Shown piece by piece: positions 35,090 through 50,104 of a DNA stretch of 64,000 nucleotides. The first letter of the stretch is position 1. Every line of letters starts with the position of its first letter. The DNA is from Botryllus schlosseri (lineage: Eukaryota). The notes under the pieces are model-generated. The model made no database searches. It worked only from the letters and a program-made list of their open reading frames with translations, and was not told the origin of the DNA. Position numbers and translations under genes: made by a program. The stretch is taken from contig CM119372.1 of assembly GCA_051294905.1 (NCBI GenBank), forward strand, positions 32,366,001 through 32,430,000. The letters run 5' to 3'.

Positions 35090-38000
35090 TTAGAGTTGGT
35101 TTTTATGCCTTCTCCAATATCCATGATCTGTTTTAACAATGTACACAACACGTCCCAGTATTTCCGTCACCACTCCATCAGCCCACTTTGGTCCGCGTCG
35201 GTAACTTCGAGCGCAAACCGAAGAACCAATGTCGAAATGAGTAACGGATTGTCCAGGCGTAACGGGCTTCGATTTGTCGAAGGGCGAGCACAAACTTAAC
35301 AAATTTCGCGGCTGCCGACCATGTAAAATCTCAGCAGGCGTTTTCCAGTCTATGCCCGGGTGCGATGCACATCGGTACGTAGCGAGAAGTGTTTGGAGCG
35401 CGAAGTTAATATCTTTTCCCCCGTCGCAATTTTTTATCAATCCAGCTTTTAGAGTCTGGACGAAACGCTCCGCTTCCCCGTTCGAGACAGTATGAAAAGA
35501 CGGTGATATGGCTGATTGCCAAATTCGAACAAAACGTATCGAATTCATTCGATGTGAATTGCGGCCCGCCATTCGTGACAATTGTTATGGGCAAGCCTTC
35601 GATAGAAAAGACTTCCCTCAAAGCGTTGACTACACATAAGGTTGTGGTAGATCCGACATTCATTACTTTAACGAAAGGATATTTCGAATGCGCATCGACG
35701 ATGACAAGAAACATTTTATTTTCTATTGGACCTGCCAAATCCAAGTGAATCAATTCAAAGCTTTCAGACGTTTTGGGCCATTCGCGATACTGACGATCAG
35801 GCGCTTTCATTACTTTACAGCAAGCGTCGCAACTCTTCACGAGATTTTCAATGTCGCGATTGTTGGAAGGCCATGCGATGTAACGTCGAGCCATCTGCTT
35901 CATTTTCGCGATACCTCAATGTCCTTGGTGCAACAATGAAAAGGCTCGCGAGCGAAGTGACTGCGGAATTACTACGCGCTGAAAACCATCAATATTGAGC
36001 ATGACTACGTCTTCGTGCAGAGAAAGCGAAAGTTTGCGAGTCGAAAACCAAGAAAAACCATCAATGTGCGTCTTTGGATTCCAGTTACCATGAGTGACAG
36101 ATAATTTTACTAGTTTCATAGTTTTGTCCTTCAGCGTCGCGTCGCGAATTTCATTGCGAGTTAACGGTAAGCCATCGAATGCCATATTAATAGCGTGAAC
36201 GATCTCCGCGTTTTCACGAATTTCCAGTTCGTCAAACTCAGGGTCTGGACCCTTTGGTAAGCGAGATAAACCGTCAGCGTTTCCGTGCTGATTAGTCGGT
36301 TTATAGCGTATGTCATATTGATAAGCCATGAGCGTTAGTGCCCATCGCTGCTGCGCTGTAATCACGGGAATTTTCTTGTCCGGCAAAAAAATAGCTAAAA
36401 GCGGTTTGTGGTCCGTCACGAGCGTAAATTTTCTACCATATAAAAATTGACGAACTTTACTGACTCCGTAGGCTAAATGATTGACAGAGCTTCCTTCTCT
36501 ATTTGCGAGTAGGATTTTTGCGAATCGGAAAGCGTTTTCGATGCGTGCGCGATCGGTCTCTCTTCGCCATTGTGCTCGATTGGGAGGACAGCGCCGATTC
36601 CGAATTGAGAAGCATCCGTTGACAAATGAGATGCTTGTTTACATCATAATGAGCTAACTGCGTAGCGTCGATTACGTCGTTTTTGAGAATGCGAAAACCT
36701 GCGTCACAGTCCGTATTCCAAATGAATTTCGCGTCTTTTTGAAGAAGGTGATATAACGAAGCGGCTTTATTCGTAAAATTAGGAATAAACTCGCGATTAT
36801 TATATTTGACTTTGCCTGTAGCTGGCGAACATCCCGAGGTTTAGGCAACTGTTTGATTGCTTCGACGGATTTGTTGGATGGGCGTTTGCCATCCTTGTCA
36901 ATTATGTGACCACGATACTCGATACTACTTTTGAAAAATTCACATTAAGGGAAGTTGATGGTGAGACCGTATTCGGTGAGGCGCTCAAAAAGTAGCAATA
37001 AGTTGCGAAAATGATCGCGCTCAGCAGTGCCAGTTACGATTATGTCATCGATAAAACTAGCAACACCGGGTAAGCCGGCGATCATGGCATCAACACAGCG
37101 TTGAAAATTTGCAGGACTAGATGCGACTCCGAAACACATGCGTTGATAACGGAATAGACTGAATTGCGTGATGATGACACACAAATTCTTCGCATCATCA
37201 TCTAATTCTAGCTGAAAATAAGCATCGGCAAGATCAATTTTCGTTAAAATACAACCACCCTGTAACTTATGAAGAATTTCATCTAAGGAGGGCAGGGGAT
37301 GTTGATCTATTTGAATTTGTTGATTCAATGCTCTGAAATCACCACAAATGCGTACTGATCCATTAGATTTAGTGACGGCAACAATTGGTGCTGCCCAATC
37401 ACTGTAGTTCAGTGGTTCTCAACCTTTTTTTAGACACGCCTCCCTTTATGATAGTGAAGAATTTCGCGTCCCCCTTATCGTCTTCGCGCCCCCCTTATCG
37501 TCATATCACAAAATCCAGCTGGGATGCTAGCAACCCCAACAGATTGTTTGATGACACGGAAGGTTATGACTGTTGATGAGAGAATCAAAAATATGAAATT
37601 CGGTCTATATATAGAGAAAACCGCGTGAATTGGAGGTAAATCGCGCAGAGCGCGAAAAAATTATACAGTTGACCGCTTCTTCGCGCCCCCTTCAGGTGCT
37701 TTCACGCCCCACAATGGGGCGCGCCCCCAGGTTGAGAACCACTGCTGTAGTTGATGGTTCGAGGATACCTTGATTGACTAATCTATTCAATTCGGGGTGA
37801 ACAGTGATTTGTCTTGCGAAAGGCAAAGGACGTGGCTTGTTGAATACGGGCTTGGCATTAGGTTTCAAGTGAATAGTCACCTTTGTCTTGGTGCATCGTC
37901 CTAATACACTAGAGAAAACGGAGGGAAATTTTGACTGAAAAGATACCAGCTTGTCGTTCGAATCACTATGTCAATAGTATTACATGATTGCGACTTGACC

Positions 38001-38450
38001 ATCTGCGAGGAAATTGCATCCAAAGCAGGCGTTCCCTTAGCGGTCATGGAGAAAGCATCGCTCCAATCGAGACCAAAAATGTTTTGCCCGCGGTGTTCGT
38101 CGAGAACTACCAATTTTAAGTCAACTCGGAACTTCGGAACCCAGCTGCACGGTTACAGTGCAAATACCTTTCACTTTCAGTGGCTTGTCGCCGTACGCTA
38201 CGAAAGAGCAATGGTATGCTGAGAGTTTCGGAGAGCCCGGAGGGCTCACAAGTGTCCAACTGTGTCGGCAACGGTATGCCGTTGATGCTGGAGTTGATCC
38301 ATAGCTGGTTTCCCACGCGTCGATATAGTTGATAGATGTCGAAGGAGAGGAGTGGCACTGTGCAGAAATTGACGGATGTGACCTGTTGCGTGATACTAGG
38401 TTTGGTAGACATGCACACAGGTTTGATATGACCTTTACGACCACATTTCT
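35090..38450 (-). pseudogene. Frameshifted gypsy pol (PR-RT-RH-IN)
   Basis: Fragments 36945-37328 (RT), 35916-36419 (RH), 35406-35903 and 35090-35581 (IN). Confidence 0.9.
37410..37744. mobile_element. hAT-type MITE inserted in gypsy pol
   Basis: TIR CAGTGGTTCTCAACC; perfect TSD CTGTAGTT; family members at ~47810-48125 and ~49494-49796. Confidence 0.9.
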
Positions 38451-38519
38451 GACATAGGCTACTGCATGTCGATTGACAGTCTTTTCTCTGGTGAGAGATG
38501 AATCAGCGGCTGCAGGATT

Positions 38520-39350
38520 TCAGTCTTTCCGGGAGTTGCCTTGGATGGATTTGGAAGGTTTTTTCCCTTTCTGATAACTTCCCGTCATTTTATTGACGAT
38601 GGAAGTATCTTTACCGTTACTCTCGCCCTGGATAACCCTATCAGTTTCCAGCGTTCTCACGTATGTTGCGGCTACTTTGAGAAGGTCGTCAAGAGATGAA
38701 TTTGTTTGTGTTAGACAATGCCGTCTCACATCCGCGTGAGGCGTTTCTTTAATGATGAGATCGCGCATTAGCTCATCAACGTAACTCTGATCACAGCATT
38801 CTCTTGAGCATGTGAAGTTGCAATCCTTGGAGATTCCGCGTAGAGTAGCGATCCAATCGGCGTACGACTGTCCCGGCTGCATTTTGCAATTGTAAAATTC
38901 GTACCTGGCTGCTTGCACATGAATTGAGTCCTTGAAGTGTATACACAACTTCTCAGTCAACGCGTCGAAGGTTTGCGCACTGACCTCAGCAGCGCCAAAC
39001 AAATTACGTTGGAGCGAGTAGGTTTCGGGTCCAACCCATGAGAGTAAACGCGCTATCTTTTTCTCCATGTTGGAAATGCCGTAAATTGCTAGATGATGGT
39101 TGAATCGTTGCAGATACTGGTCCCACTTCTCCTTTGATTTTACGAACGAATCAAACTTGGGAGCGGCTGCTTCAGATGTTGACGCACCGGGATTTAACCT
39201 CTTCGTTAATTGCGCCATCTCAGTCATGACTTTTGCCATTGCTTCGTCATGCTTTGCTTGTTGTTGCACCATCATCTCTTGCTGCTTCGCTTGTTGTTGC
39301 GCCATAATCTCTTGCTGTTTCTCAAGAATTTTCAAAATACCCGTTTCCAT
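38520..39350 (-). CDS. Gag-like ORF of the gypsy element
   Basis: 276-aa ORF just downstream of the PBS, with WDQYLQRF and ARYEFYNCKMQPGQSYADWIATLR typical of Mag-type gag. Confidence 0.75.
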   Translation of the reverse strand: METGILKILEKQQEIMAQQQAKQQEMMVQQQAKHDEAMAKVMTEMAQLTKRLNPGASTSEAAAPKFDSFVKSKEKWDQYLQRFNHHLAIYGISNMEKKIARLLSWVGPETYSLQRNLFGAAEVSAQTFDALTEKLCIHFKDSIHVQAARYEFYNCKMQPGQSYADWIATLRGISKDCNFTCSRECCDQSYVDELMRDLIIKETPHADVRRHCLTQTNSSLDDLLKVAATYVRTLETDRVIQGESNGKDTSIVNKMTGSYQKGKKPSKSIQGNSRKD

Positions 39351-40938
39351 GATATATATTCGTCGCAGAAATTACCATGAATCCGACTTCTGACACCAAT
39401 TGTTATGTTCTTGATCTTGTTTGAACAATAACTCATACGATGAGGTTGCAATATGAAATCAGTAGCCTGTATTATACAGCAGAATAACTTAGGACAGGCG
39501 ACACGATCCAGAGTGCAGTAAAACGAAAGACCAGTAGACAACAGAACACAGGGTATATATACAAAACACGAAATACGAGGAAATAATGATTGGCGGTAAT
39601 TACTAATCCTAGACAAATAAGAAACAAACGATACCAACGTAAAATGCAAAAACATAACAAAACTCAACTCAGTATTAGTCACCAACATTATGACTTATCA
39701 TACGACGTTTCAAAACTTACAATGGTGTGGAACATCGACGAAATCAACGTATATCAATGCTTAAGGTAACAATATGGAGGTGAGATGCAGACATCACGGT
39801 TAAGTCATAGATGCAATGTACTGCAAAAGTTACGCCATCTGCTAATTAATTTTGCAGAGTAAGATGAATAAGATGGTAAATCACTGCTCCATCATAAGCG
39901 GCTTTTCGACAAATGCGCTGCGAGAAATGTATTCTGCGATCGGACATTCCCAAGCGCAATCACAGAAAATACCGCGGTTTGCGTAGCCATTTTCTATTTT
40001 AATTGCAAATATATAAATATATTAGTAATATATTGATGGTGGTATTGTTGCTATACACAGAAATACAGGTGGTGCAATACCCCAGTTGCCTATTGCGCTT
40101 AGAAAAAAGTCGCGAAAAAGTTCAAATTTATGACAACCGTTAAATAGGTTTGTTATTTCACCCATAACCTGATTAGGTCTGTGGTCATGTTCAAGTTGGA
40201 TACGACAAAAAATATAAATACACAATTCACAAAGATATAGAAATGCTATCCAAGCGAAAAAATATTTTTGGCGTTTCTTTCAATACCTGAAACAATACTT
40301 GGCACTTCACTAATTGATATGGGCCACGCATGTAATTGTTGTTGTGATTATTTATTATTCACTATGTTTCGATCCCCATAAGTCATTTTACATCATGCCG
40401 ATATTTTTGTCAAACATTAATTAACTTAGGAATTCTAGCATGACCTTAGTAAAGTATTGGTAATGCGGATCGGATGGCAATGTCTTGTCCGCTATCCCTG
40501 TCTTCGTCGTCGTTGTTGCTGTTGTTTTAATAAATTTAGCAGGCGATTTTATTGTGACCATGGTCATTAAATGACCTTCATTTCATACCACTCCGAAATA
40601 TCTCACTGCTTGACGAATTGGTCATTTTAATTCAAGGCTTTTGTAAAACACCGCTGCCTTGGATCGGATGGTAATGAGCGCAGATGATCCCTGATTGGTG
40701 GATTACATCACAAAGTATTGAAATCTGAACAAAAACGTGATCAGAAGATTCAGAACGTTCATATAACAATTACATGTGCTGCAAAATAACAATGACATGA
40801 TTTACAAGTTACAATTAAGAATATGTACAATAAAATAACAACACTAGGCCTATCATTGTCGATCGACATATCCATACCGAATATATATTTGCTAGATGAG
40901 ACACCGCTTTGATGTTTCGGATTTTATTATTCAATTTT

Positions 40939-41899
40939 CTAATTGACTACTCGCGATAAATAGGGAAAAGTCACATTGACTCTTCCTAGCGATGGTTGGT
41001 CTTTCCAGAAAAATGAAAACATTTGTTTTCTCCAAGTCGAAAATGCAGCTACGATCATGCACAAATTCTCTATGTGGTTTACCTGACCTAATGCAGAAGG
41101 ATAAAGGCCATCGGGGACAACACCGGACATAATAAGGACGGAGGTGATGATGTCCGTTCCAATGCAAACTGACGCACACTCTAACGATCTAATAATCAGG
41201 GGCTTCAGGCTTTCCCCGCCAAGTCTGAAGTGTATTTCATCAGGGGGCATGCGAATAATCCAAGAAGGGAGAACTGTGTGACGGTGGCGACGATCAGTTT
41301 CGCAATATAAGCGACTTTCAGATCCAACCTTATCTCGGTAACGATACATCCTGATTCCAGAACTCCAAATTCGAAAGCTCCCAATAAATGGAGACGGAAG
41401 CAAATAGTGAAATCGCCGGCAGAATTCCCGAAATCCAACTCAAAATACGTAGCGTAGGGATTGTTAAATGACTCAACGACGGTCTCTGATGGGGAAGCGA
41501 TATTTGCCTCATCCACAGCACGACGTAAATCAACGAATCGCTGAGATTCAGTAGCAGGACTTTCGAGTACTTGACCGGGGCACATAATTAATGAGCAAAC
41601 ATTTCAACAAAGATATCTTCCAGGATGGTCGCCACGAAGAATAGAGTTGTGCACGCAGAACAAAGAGCGGACAATATTTTGATACGTTTGTGAATTGAAG
41701 TCATCTTTGTCGCACGAGTTGGACGGATGTAATCCTGCAGCAATGCCATGGTTATCCAAATCGACGTGATCAGAAACACTACAGTTGTTGACGCAAAAAG
41801 GGTCCAAGATAGCCATGTTTTTACAACTTCTATTTTTGTAGATGTATCAGAAAAGGTACCCGTAGTAGTTTCTAGGTCATTATACTGTTTAGTAGACAT
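40939..41899 (-). pseudogene. 7TM/GPCR-like paralogue 2 (pseudogene)
   Basis: Colinear with 60225-61127 but has a TAA stop at 41590-41588 (MFAH*LC, where the paralogues have E) plus several frameshifts. Confidence 0.85.
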
Positions 41900-44800
41900 T
41901 TCTCTAGATATGATCTAAAGTCTACTGAAAATAGAGAAAGACAGCGTCTTAGTTATAATAGGCCTAAATATATTTTCAATTACGTCGTACAAACAACTAC
42001 AGCCACTAGAAAAAATAGGAATTCTATTATTGATTTTATTTAGTGCTACACTGCTAAAAAATGATATTCAAGTAGAAAAGTGGCAATGGTCACAACAGGT
42101 GGAAACTACTCTCATAGAAGTGCAAAATGAGTATATTGAGCAGGCGAGCGAATTGATCTAGCAGAAGACTCTATAGCAGGTGTTACCAAAACGCAGCCTG
42201 TGAAGTTGTATTTTGTGGCCCGCGGCGTCGTTTCAGATTTCGGAAGAACGCTAAATAACGCATTTTGAAATGCTGAAATTGATTCCAGTTTCCGAATATT
42301 GTCGTTGTTGTTTCAAAATAAGCTATTCTTATGTGCCCACCATCACTACTCCTCACTAGCTTTAACGGCTTCGGCGATGGCAAGAGCATTCCATCAAGGG
42401 AGAATCAGCTGATATGTACTGGTACACTGTACAGCGGTGATTCCCAAGTGCGGCCCTGAGGGCCGCATGCGGCCCCCAGAGAGTCTTCTTGCGGCCCCCA
42501 AAATATATTAGGAAATCGGTTATTGACAAAAATAAAATATATATTTATAAAATACTCTTGCTTGACTTGACCTCTGTGGTTTTAATTATAGAATTGCAGG
42601 AAAGTTGTGCGTATGGACTGCTAACGTTATGTCACTGCTGTTTCAATGCAATGTGCCGTAACTTTCCAGTTGAACGAGCAGTAGCTATAGATATAAATAG
42701 GTATTGATAACTTACAAAACCGAAGGACAATCTCTCCCTCGCGGTCGCTTGACTAAAAAAATAGGCTCAACTCCCGGAAAATACAGTTTTTTTAACATTG
42801 AAAAAAAAAATCTTACCGGTCCAGCTATGAAATAGCCGCCGTAGCGTTCCTACAGTGCTGACTCAATGTATATCAGTCGTATTTGGCCCTATACGTAACC
42901 AAAACACTCAAAAAAGAACACAAAATCTCAAAAAAGAAGACACTTGGGCGTCCTCCGAGGACACTTTAAAAACAATCAAAAAATAGGACAAATCATCTTA
43001 AAAGAGGACGTATGGTAACCCTATAACTATAGATGTGCATCACGTGACTCACGGTTGAATACGCCGAGATGTATACTGCTTAGTCGGCTAAAAGCAGCAT
43101 AATTGGTAGTCCTATGTTCAGGGCCGTAACTGCGGTCCCCCAAACCCCCCAATTTAGGGGGCCGAGCTCGAAGGGGGACCAAAATTATTTCGTGAATTGG
43201 CATAAATTATAGACTATTTTTTGAAAATTTATGCAACTTCTACAAAAAATTTTCGCGCTGGGCGCGATTTCAATTCGCCGCATATCTTGATTATTGGGTA
43301 CTCTCCCCCAAGAAAAAACACGCAAGATTTATAGAAATGGGCCTATCAGCGTTGGCCATGACCGCACCACAACGCACCAAGACATATAAAGTTTTAGGTC
43401 ATGTAACATGTGACTCCAAGAAGTGTGAACGATCGGCAGCGAGAAAGCCTTAGCCGTAAAGGACTGCTTTTATGATGACCAAAAACTTCGAAATACCAAA
43501 GCTTCGTTATATATACAAAATACATATAGGTTTATTTGTCCATATAGGCGCCTAAATGACTGGCGCCGAATGTTCTTGTCTTGGCAATCTGAACCCCACG
43601 GGACCAATACCATCCTGCAGGAAAGAAAATTATATGCCAGTGAAGAAATACCAACCTGAAATCGTGTGATCTTCCAGTTTAGTAGGTTTGGACAATTCTA
43701 CATTTTGATATAGCAGACATCAGGATGTCACGAAATAACATCATGTGAAGAAGTCATACCTAGTGGTCTGCCCGCCCAAAGATGTTTAATCTGCAGTTTC
43801 AAGACACCTCTCACTCAGCTCTACCAGCAAATTGGATTACGTGGGCAAAGAGGAGAACCACGCGATTCCCGATCTTATTCACCGATTTTATCATGAATTA
43901 TCTAAATATTCGGGCGTCGCGCTGTCTCAATAAACAGTACGATTTTAATTTCGTGGCAAAAGCGAACAACGTCATGCGGGGTCAGTTTATCACCAAATGG
44001 GAGCCCGGGGTCCTGACGAAGTGCCGTTACGTTCCTGCCAACGGGTATACCCCCGGATATGTTTAATTCCTATTGAGGGGGCCTATACCTTTACAAACAC
44101 ACCTCACTCAGCTCTACCGTTAAATCAGATTACGTGAACAGAGACAAGATGAAAATTGATAGCGAAACATGCAATTCCCGATCATATTGACCGATTCAGT
44201 CATGAAACTAAAGAAATTTTTCGCGCTTCACGCGTTTAGACGAGAAAAGCTGATTCACTCAACGGACACCCAATGCAGAAGATAAGTAGCGGTAAGCAGT
44301 GTACACTGTACAGTTTCGAAATCTCGCTAGGGAAATAAAACTACTTCGAAATACCCATGATGACTGTTTGGGTCCGTTTTATAGCCGTAGTATTCGTGCG
44401 GCCCCGACCGTACTCTGAAATTCTGAATTTGGCCCTCACACCGAAAAAGTTTGGGAACCACTGCTGTACAGTCACAGGCATATTGCCGTGACGCGCAATG
44501 TTCCAGAAATTGCTGAGACGGAGGCGTATGGGGCTTCCCCACAAGATCAAGCTTTACGAGGAGATAGTCTTTCAGCTAGAGTACATGTGTCTCTGTATAG
44601 CCCCGATGTCGATTCCTTAAGTCACTGAAAAGCATTTTCTGGCATCGCAGCTCATAGTGCAAAAGGAAATGAGATTGCCGATATCGATTTTTTTGTTGTA
44701 TTTACATTTCGTTAATAGACGATTACTTCTTTTTTGATAACTATGTCCATCGCCCATGTTAAAGAGCACAGTGTTGTAATGACATAAATATACGCTTTGT

Positions 44801-45145
44801 TAAAAAAGTGGCCCATTTTGTCTCGATATTGCATTATTGCAGCCCGCGGCCTTTACAAAATTTTGAGAGTGACCCGCGACCCGATTTGAGTTGGCGACCC
44901 CTGCTCTGCAGCGATAGCCTGCTTAACCAGGATTCCATGGACCACTGTACTACTCGTTTTCCGCGAATCATCAAACAGTAGAATCTTTGTAGGAGGATTT
45001 AGCTACTCGCCGACGAGAAAGGTTTCATAATGCCGCCTCACTATACCGCAAACACCAGAATTTTTATCAAATACAGTGCCGCTGAGCACTAGTCATGAAT
45101 AGACGAAACGCGCCACCGCCACTGTCCTAAATTCGTACATACATA

Positions 45146-46475
45146 GGGGAGATGTGGTACCGATGGATCAAAAATTGCAAAATGATCTCTGGCCCTCAAA
45201 TCTTCAGCCGAGAATAACGGATCTTTTGCTGTCTCAACACTTTGATACAAGGTCTACCTATCGAGGGCATTTACATGGATCTCCTACTTTTCAAAAAAGA
45301 TTCATAAACGTTTAAAAGTTGTTGCTCGAACGTATCATATGTCCCCACCCGGTGGGTCCAATGGCACACGACCATGGGACCTATGAGACATACGCTCAAA
45401 ACTAAAATTTTTCAACTTGTTATGTTGTGTACCATAATCAAAGCTGCAGCATGCCAATGAAGAATGTTTTGTTGCCACGTACAAGAATAAAATAGATTTT
45501 ATCAACTCAAATGTTGGGATAAAATCACGTTTTGATTTCCTCCGAAACTTACAAAATTAATGCCACATACATATTACCGGAAGATCGACATTTTGATTTT
45601 CAAATAGGGCAAATTGGCAAAATCTTTCCTCGCATACAAAAACATTCGACGTGCGCGAGCTATGGGGTCTCTCACAGATGTTTTTTGTTTTTGGGGGTGT
45701 AAACTAAATTTAGATCGACATGTACATTTGTCTTTGTAACCTTCAACACGAACAAACCAGCAATCAATTTTATTGTGAACTCTAGGGCTTGTATCAGGCT
45801 ATATAATGGCACCTATTATTTTTTTCAGTACATTCCTTGAATGGAATTTTTTTCGATTCATGTACAAAATTCGTAGAGTGGGGACCGATGATAGAATAGC
45901 CAAATCAAGCAAAGTAATCCAGCATACTAATCATGAAACAAATGAAACATGCCTACGTACAGAAAATCTTTATGTAATAATTGCATATGATGTTTTATCG
46001 CTATAACGAGATCTTTGGAAGTCACACGGTCGATTTTCGGGCAATATGTATGTACCCGCAAATTTATAAGTCCGAGCCTAAATCGAAACGTGATTTTATG
46101 ACAACATTTGAGTTAATATTTATTTTAGTTTTTGACGGTTGCGACCAAACATTCTTCTTTGGCTTGCTGTATAGCTTAGATTATAAAACTGAGCATAAAA
46201 AGTTGTCACATCTGAGTTTTTTAGGGTATATGTGTCATAGGTCCCCGGGTCGTGTGCCATTGGACCCACCGGGTGGGGACCCATGACACGTTCGAGCAAC
46301 AAATTTCAAACGTCCATAAATATTTTTCGAAAAGACGGATATTCATGTATTTGAGCGCGATAGGTAGAGCTTGTATCAAAGTGCTGAGCCAGCAAAAGAT
46401 CTGCTGTTTTCGGCTGAACATTTTGGGGCCAGCGATCATTTTCCAATTTTTGATCCATCGGTACCACATCTCCCC
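45146..46475. mobile_element. TA-flanked non-autonomous DNA element with long TIRs (GGGGAGATGTGGTACCGATG)
   Basis: Inverted arms of ~400 bp, TA on both sides; further partial copies at ~46490-46960 and ~62745-63510. Confidence 0.75.
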
Positions 46476-49400
46476 TACCTCGTAATAGTGATAAAACACC
46501 ACAGGTAACTATGATTTACACTTTACAGTTTCCTAATATGTAGGCGTGTTTCTGTTGTTACGTGATCAGTTGGTTCTACTATTTTGCTTGATTTGGCTAT
46601 GGTACCATAGGTCCCTCACCCTAGAAATATTGTAACTGAATTGAAAATAGCCCATTTGAGGATGGTATTGATTCCAAAATATGTGCCATTATATACACAT
46701 TAAAAATTATTGCCGGCTTGTTAGTCTGGAAGGTGATATAGAAAAATGCATATGTCGATGGAAATTTACTTTGCACCCCTTAAACGTAAATCTTTTGTCA
46801 CAGACCCCATAACCCACGCAGGTCGAAGTTTTTTGCACGTGAGGAAAGATTCTACCAGCGTGTCATTGTAGACAAAGTCGCGTGCTGCAATAATCGGTTT
46901 ATCTCAGAGAATTTCTCAAGTATTTTCGGTCCCAGTGTCTCATCGGTACCACATCTCCCCTACGCTTTGGAGGTTTGTAATCGATTAGAGACGCAGATTA
47001 ATTCACGAGTCACACTGACAATCACAATCTGGTTATTAGAGATAAGCATGGGTGCTGTTTTGCAAAACCCGGATTTGGTGATTCATGCCGGATTTGGTTT
47101 CGAGAAGATTATATAAATCCGTTTGTATTCGTATTTTAATGAACAGATTTTTAGAATTATTTCTGCAAGCGGCTTTACATATCGACATGCTTCTTCTGAC
47201 CCAGTATAGAGGTTATTAGTGTGCTCTAGAGCAGTGGTTCTCAACCTTTTTCATCTCGCGGACCGGTAAATTTCAAAATATATTGGGCGGACCGGTGGAC
47301 TTTCAAAAATGAAATTTACCAAAAGTGTAAAGTATCCAACCGTTTTTTTGCATGTAAATGGTGCTGAATAGTGATATTTTGAGGCTTTTGTTCGTAATTA
47401 ATTATGTTCATGGTGGTATCCATCAGAGTTGAATCAATTGTAATTTGTAATTGAGCTGAATGTAATTATTGCATTTTTTCATGTAATTGTAATTGTAATT
47501 GTTATTTGATAAAAAAATTGCTCAATTACAATTTCAATTACAATGTTATGGAAACCTGACAATCACAACATATAATAATTAATCAATCATTTATTCGCGA
47601 CACCAGTGAAAATCCGGTACGGACCAGGATGAGACGAGGTGCCGCAAGGCTTTAAGGCCTTAGTACACAGTCGCCACCTTTAATAATTAGCCTATTAACA
47701 TCGGTGTTCTATGCGTGCCGCGTTATAACTAGATAATTCAGCCATGCTAAACTGTTTCCCATACTTCAGTAGCAACACAAAACTTTGTGAATTACAAGAT
47801 AGGCTAAACCAGTAGTTCTCAAACTGGAAGGCGTGCCACCCTTGGGCGGCGTGAAAACATCTGAAGGGGGCGCGAAGCCCCAGTGAACTGAAATTTTTCC
47901 GCGCTTGGCGCGACTCACCTCCATGTCATAGTTATTGCTCTGTGTATAGTCCGAATTTCATATTGGAGAGTTCTCTCATCAACAGTCATAACCTTCCGTA
48001 CCATCAAACTATCTGTAAGGATTGATAACATTCTGGTTTCATTGTGTGATATATGACGATAGAAGGAGGCACGAAATATTTCACTGTCATAAAGGGAGGC
48101 GTGTCTAAAAAGTTAGAGAACCAGTTAGCTAAACTAAATCTTAATATTTCAAAAATGGATGAACAGCAAATAAACTCTTATGAAACCTGGGCTGAGCCGT
48201 TTCCTACACCGCGGTCAGAGTTTTTTTTTCAATCTCTGACCAGTACCGAGGATTGCTACAACAATTGCAAAAATAAATTCAAGTTTCCAACCAATTTTAA
48301 TTGCAATATAGTTGATGTTACTGTCGATGAACTGCTTATAAATGATTCTATGTAAAGCTGTCTCCCCTTCAACTGCCAACCCCGCAAAGTCCTATAAGTT
48401 TACCGATGTAAATATACGCGATTCTGAAGTAGTAAGGATATTGCTTGAAAGAACCAATTGACAATAGGGTAATAGTTCCAAACAAGATAGTTGAAGACCC
48501 AACAAGATCGCTATACACAGTCGGGATCGTCCGATGGGCCGAATACTATTGATACACACAATACCCTATAACAGCTAAATCCAGAATATTCCCATAGACA
48601 AAATCGACAAGCTCAAGAAATGTAGTCAAGCATACGCCCTCTACCGTATACAAATATGGCTCCTAAAGTGTTGAACACCCTGAAAGAAAAATGAAATGGC
48701 CACAGGAACAATTGCGTCGTACCATCCATACACTGACGCTAGATTGTGAGCGATACCAGACCTTGCAGCATCAGAATGCGTCTCAGAATCAGGAGAATTG
48801 GTGGATGCGTCTAGGTCAGGGGTGGGCAAACTTTTGAGCTCGCGGGCCGCATTCAACATCTGAACCCATTCGCGGGCCGCACTATATAAAATGGGATTAT
48901 AAACCAAAACGCAATATTGGTATTTGATTATATATTGAGGACATGGAGATAACATATGTGCTTATTTAAGACAAAAACATTGCTTTGGTGATATCGTACA
49001 CGGGTCAGAAAGATAATGGCGAGATTTCATAGGCTATGGTCGACTTCAATAACCAATTTGTCAAAACTATAGAGATGAAAGTCGGTTGTCCCAATTCTTA
49101 GAACAGGATTAAAATTTAAATCTGTGAGCAGCGATCTGTTCATAGATTTACTAATTTCACTTTTGGTTCAGTTCCAGGACACACAATGCTCAAAAAATCA
49201 TAACTATGTTAGCTTCAAATACGCTTCTACTATGTGTTGATGAAATATAAATGCCCCAATACTACGCATAAAGAGACACGCGCGAATCTGTTTTTATAAG
49301 CACATCATTGAAATAATTAAAACTGGAGTGGCCAATCTGAAATGCCACTCGTGATCCGAAATTATGTCAATCTCGTTTAGGATTTCTGCGATGTTTAGCA

Positions 49401-50104
49401 GTTGAAACCTTTCAATCTGTGTGGGCCTTGAGATCGGGCTGTCGCACCATAAATTAAACATAAAAAATATCATAGGTAGTATTTACCTTAGAGCAGTGGT
49501 TCTCAAACCTTTTAAGACACGCCCCCCCCCCCCCTTATGATGGTGAAAGATTTCGCGCCCCCGTATCGTCATATCACAAAACGCAACCAGGTCCCTAGCA
49601 ACCTAACGGATAGTTTGATGGCATGGAAGGTTACGACTATGGATGTGAGATTTTTAAATGTGAAATTCAGACTAAATACAAAGCGACAATTAAAAAATTG
49701 TTGGTAAATCGCGCGGAGCGCGAAAATTTTCTCGGTTGAGCTCAGCTTCGCGCCCCACTTCTGATGCTCTCACGCACCCCAGTTCGAGAACCACTGTCTT
49801 AGAATTATCATGGGGAAATTCTAAGAGATAGTTTAATCAAGTCCCTGCATTATTTCGATTTTTAGTACGCATTCTATCAATATTTAAAAAAAAGTTTCTT
49901 TAGACTCTCGCGGGCCGCACAGAACGGTGTCGCGGGCCGCATGCGGCCCGCGGGCCGTAGATTGCCCACCCCTGCTTTAAACGGTGACTTGGACTCGGAC
50001 TCGACTCGGTGATGAATTGAAAATGACTCGACTTGACTCGAGTCAATACCACAAAAGTAAGATTGACTCGTGACTCGGAACCATGTGACTTGGTTACAAC
50101 CCTG

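Larger units (their letters stand above)
34612..39659 (-). mobile_element. Full-length but decayed Ty3/gypsy (Mag-like) LTR retrotransposon
   Basis: TG..CA LTRs at 34612-34870 and 39401-39659; 5-bp TSD AAACT; PBS TGGTGTCAGAAGT (tRNA-Leu type); PPT at 34871-34880; gag, RT (KIDLADAYFQL, FIDDII), RNase H (TDHKPL, NADGLSR) and integrase fragments with frameshifts. Confidence 0.95.
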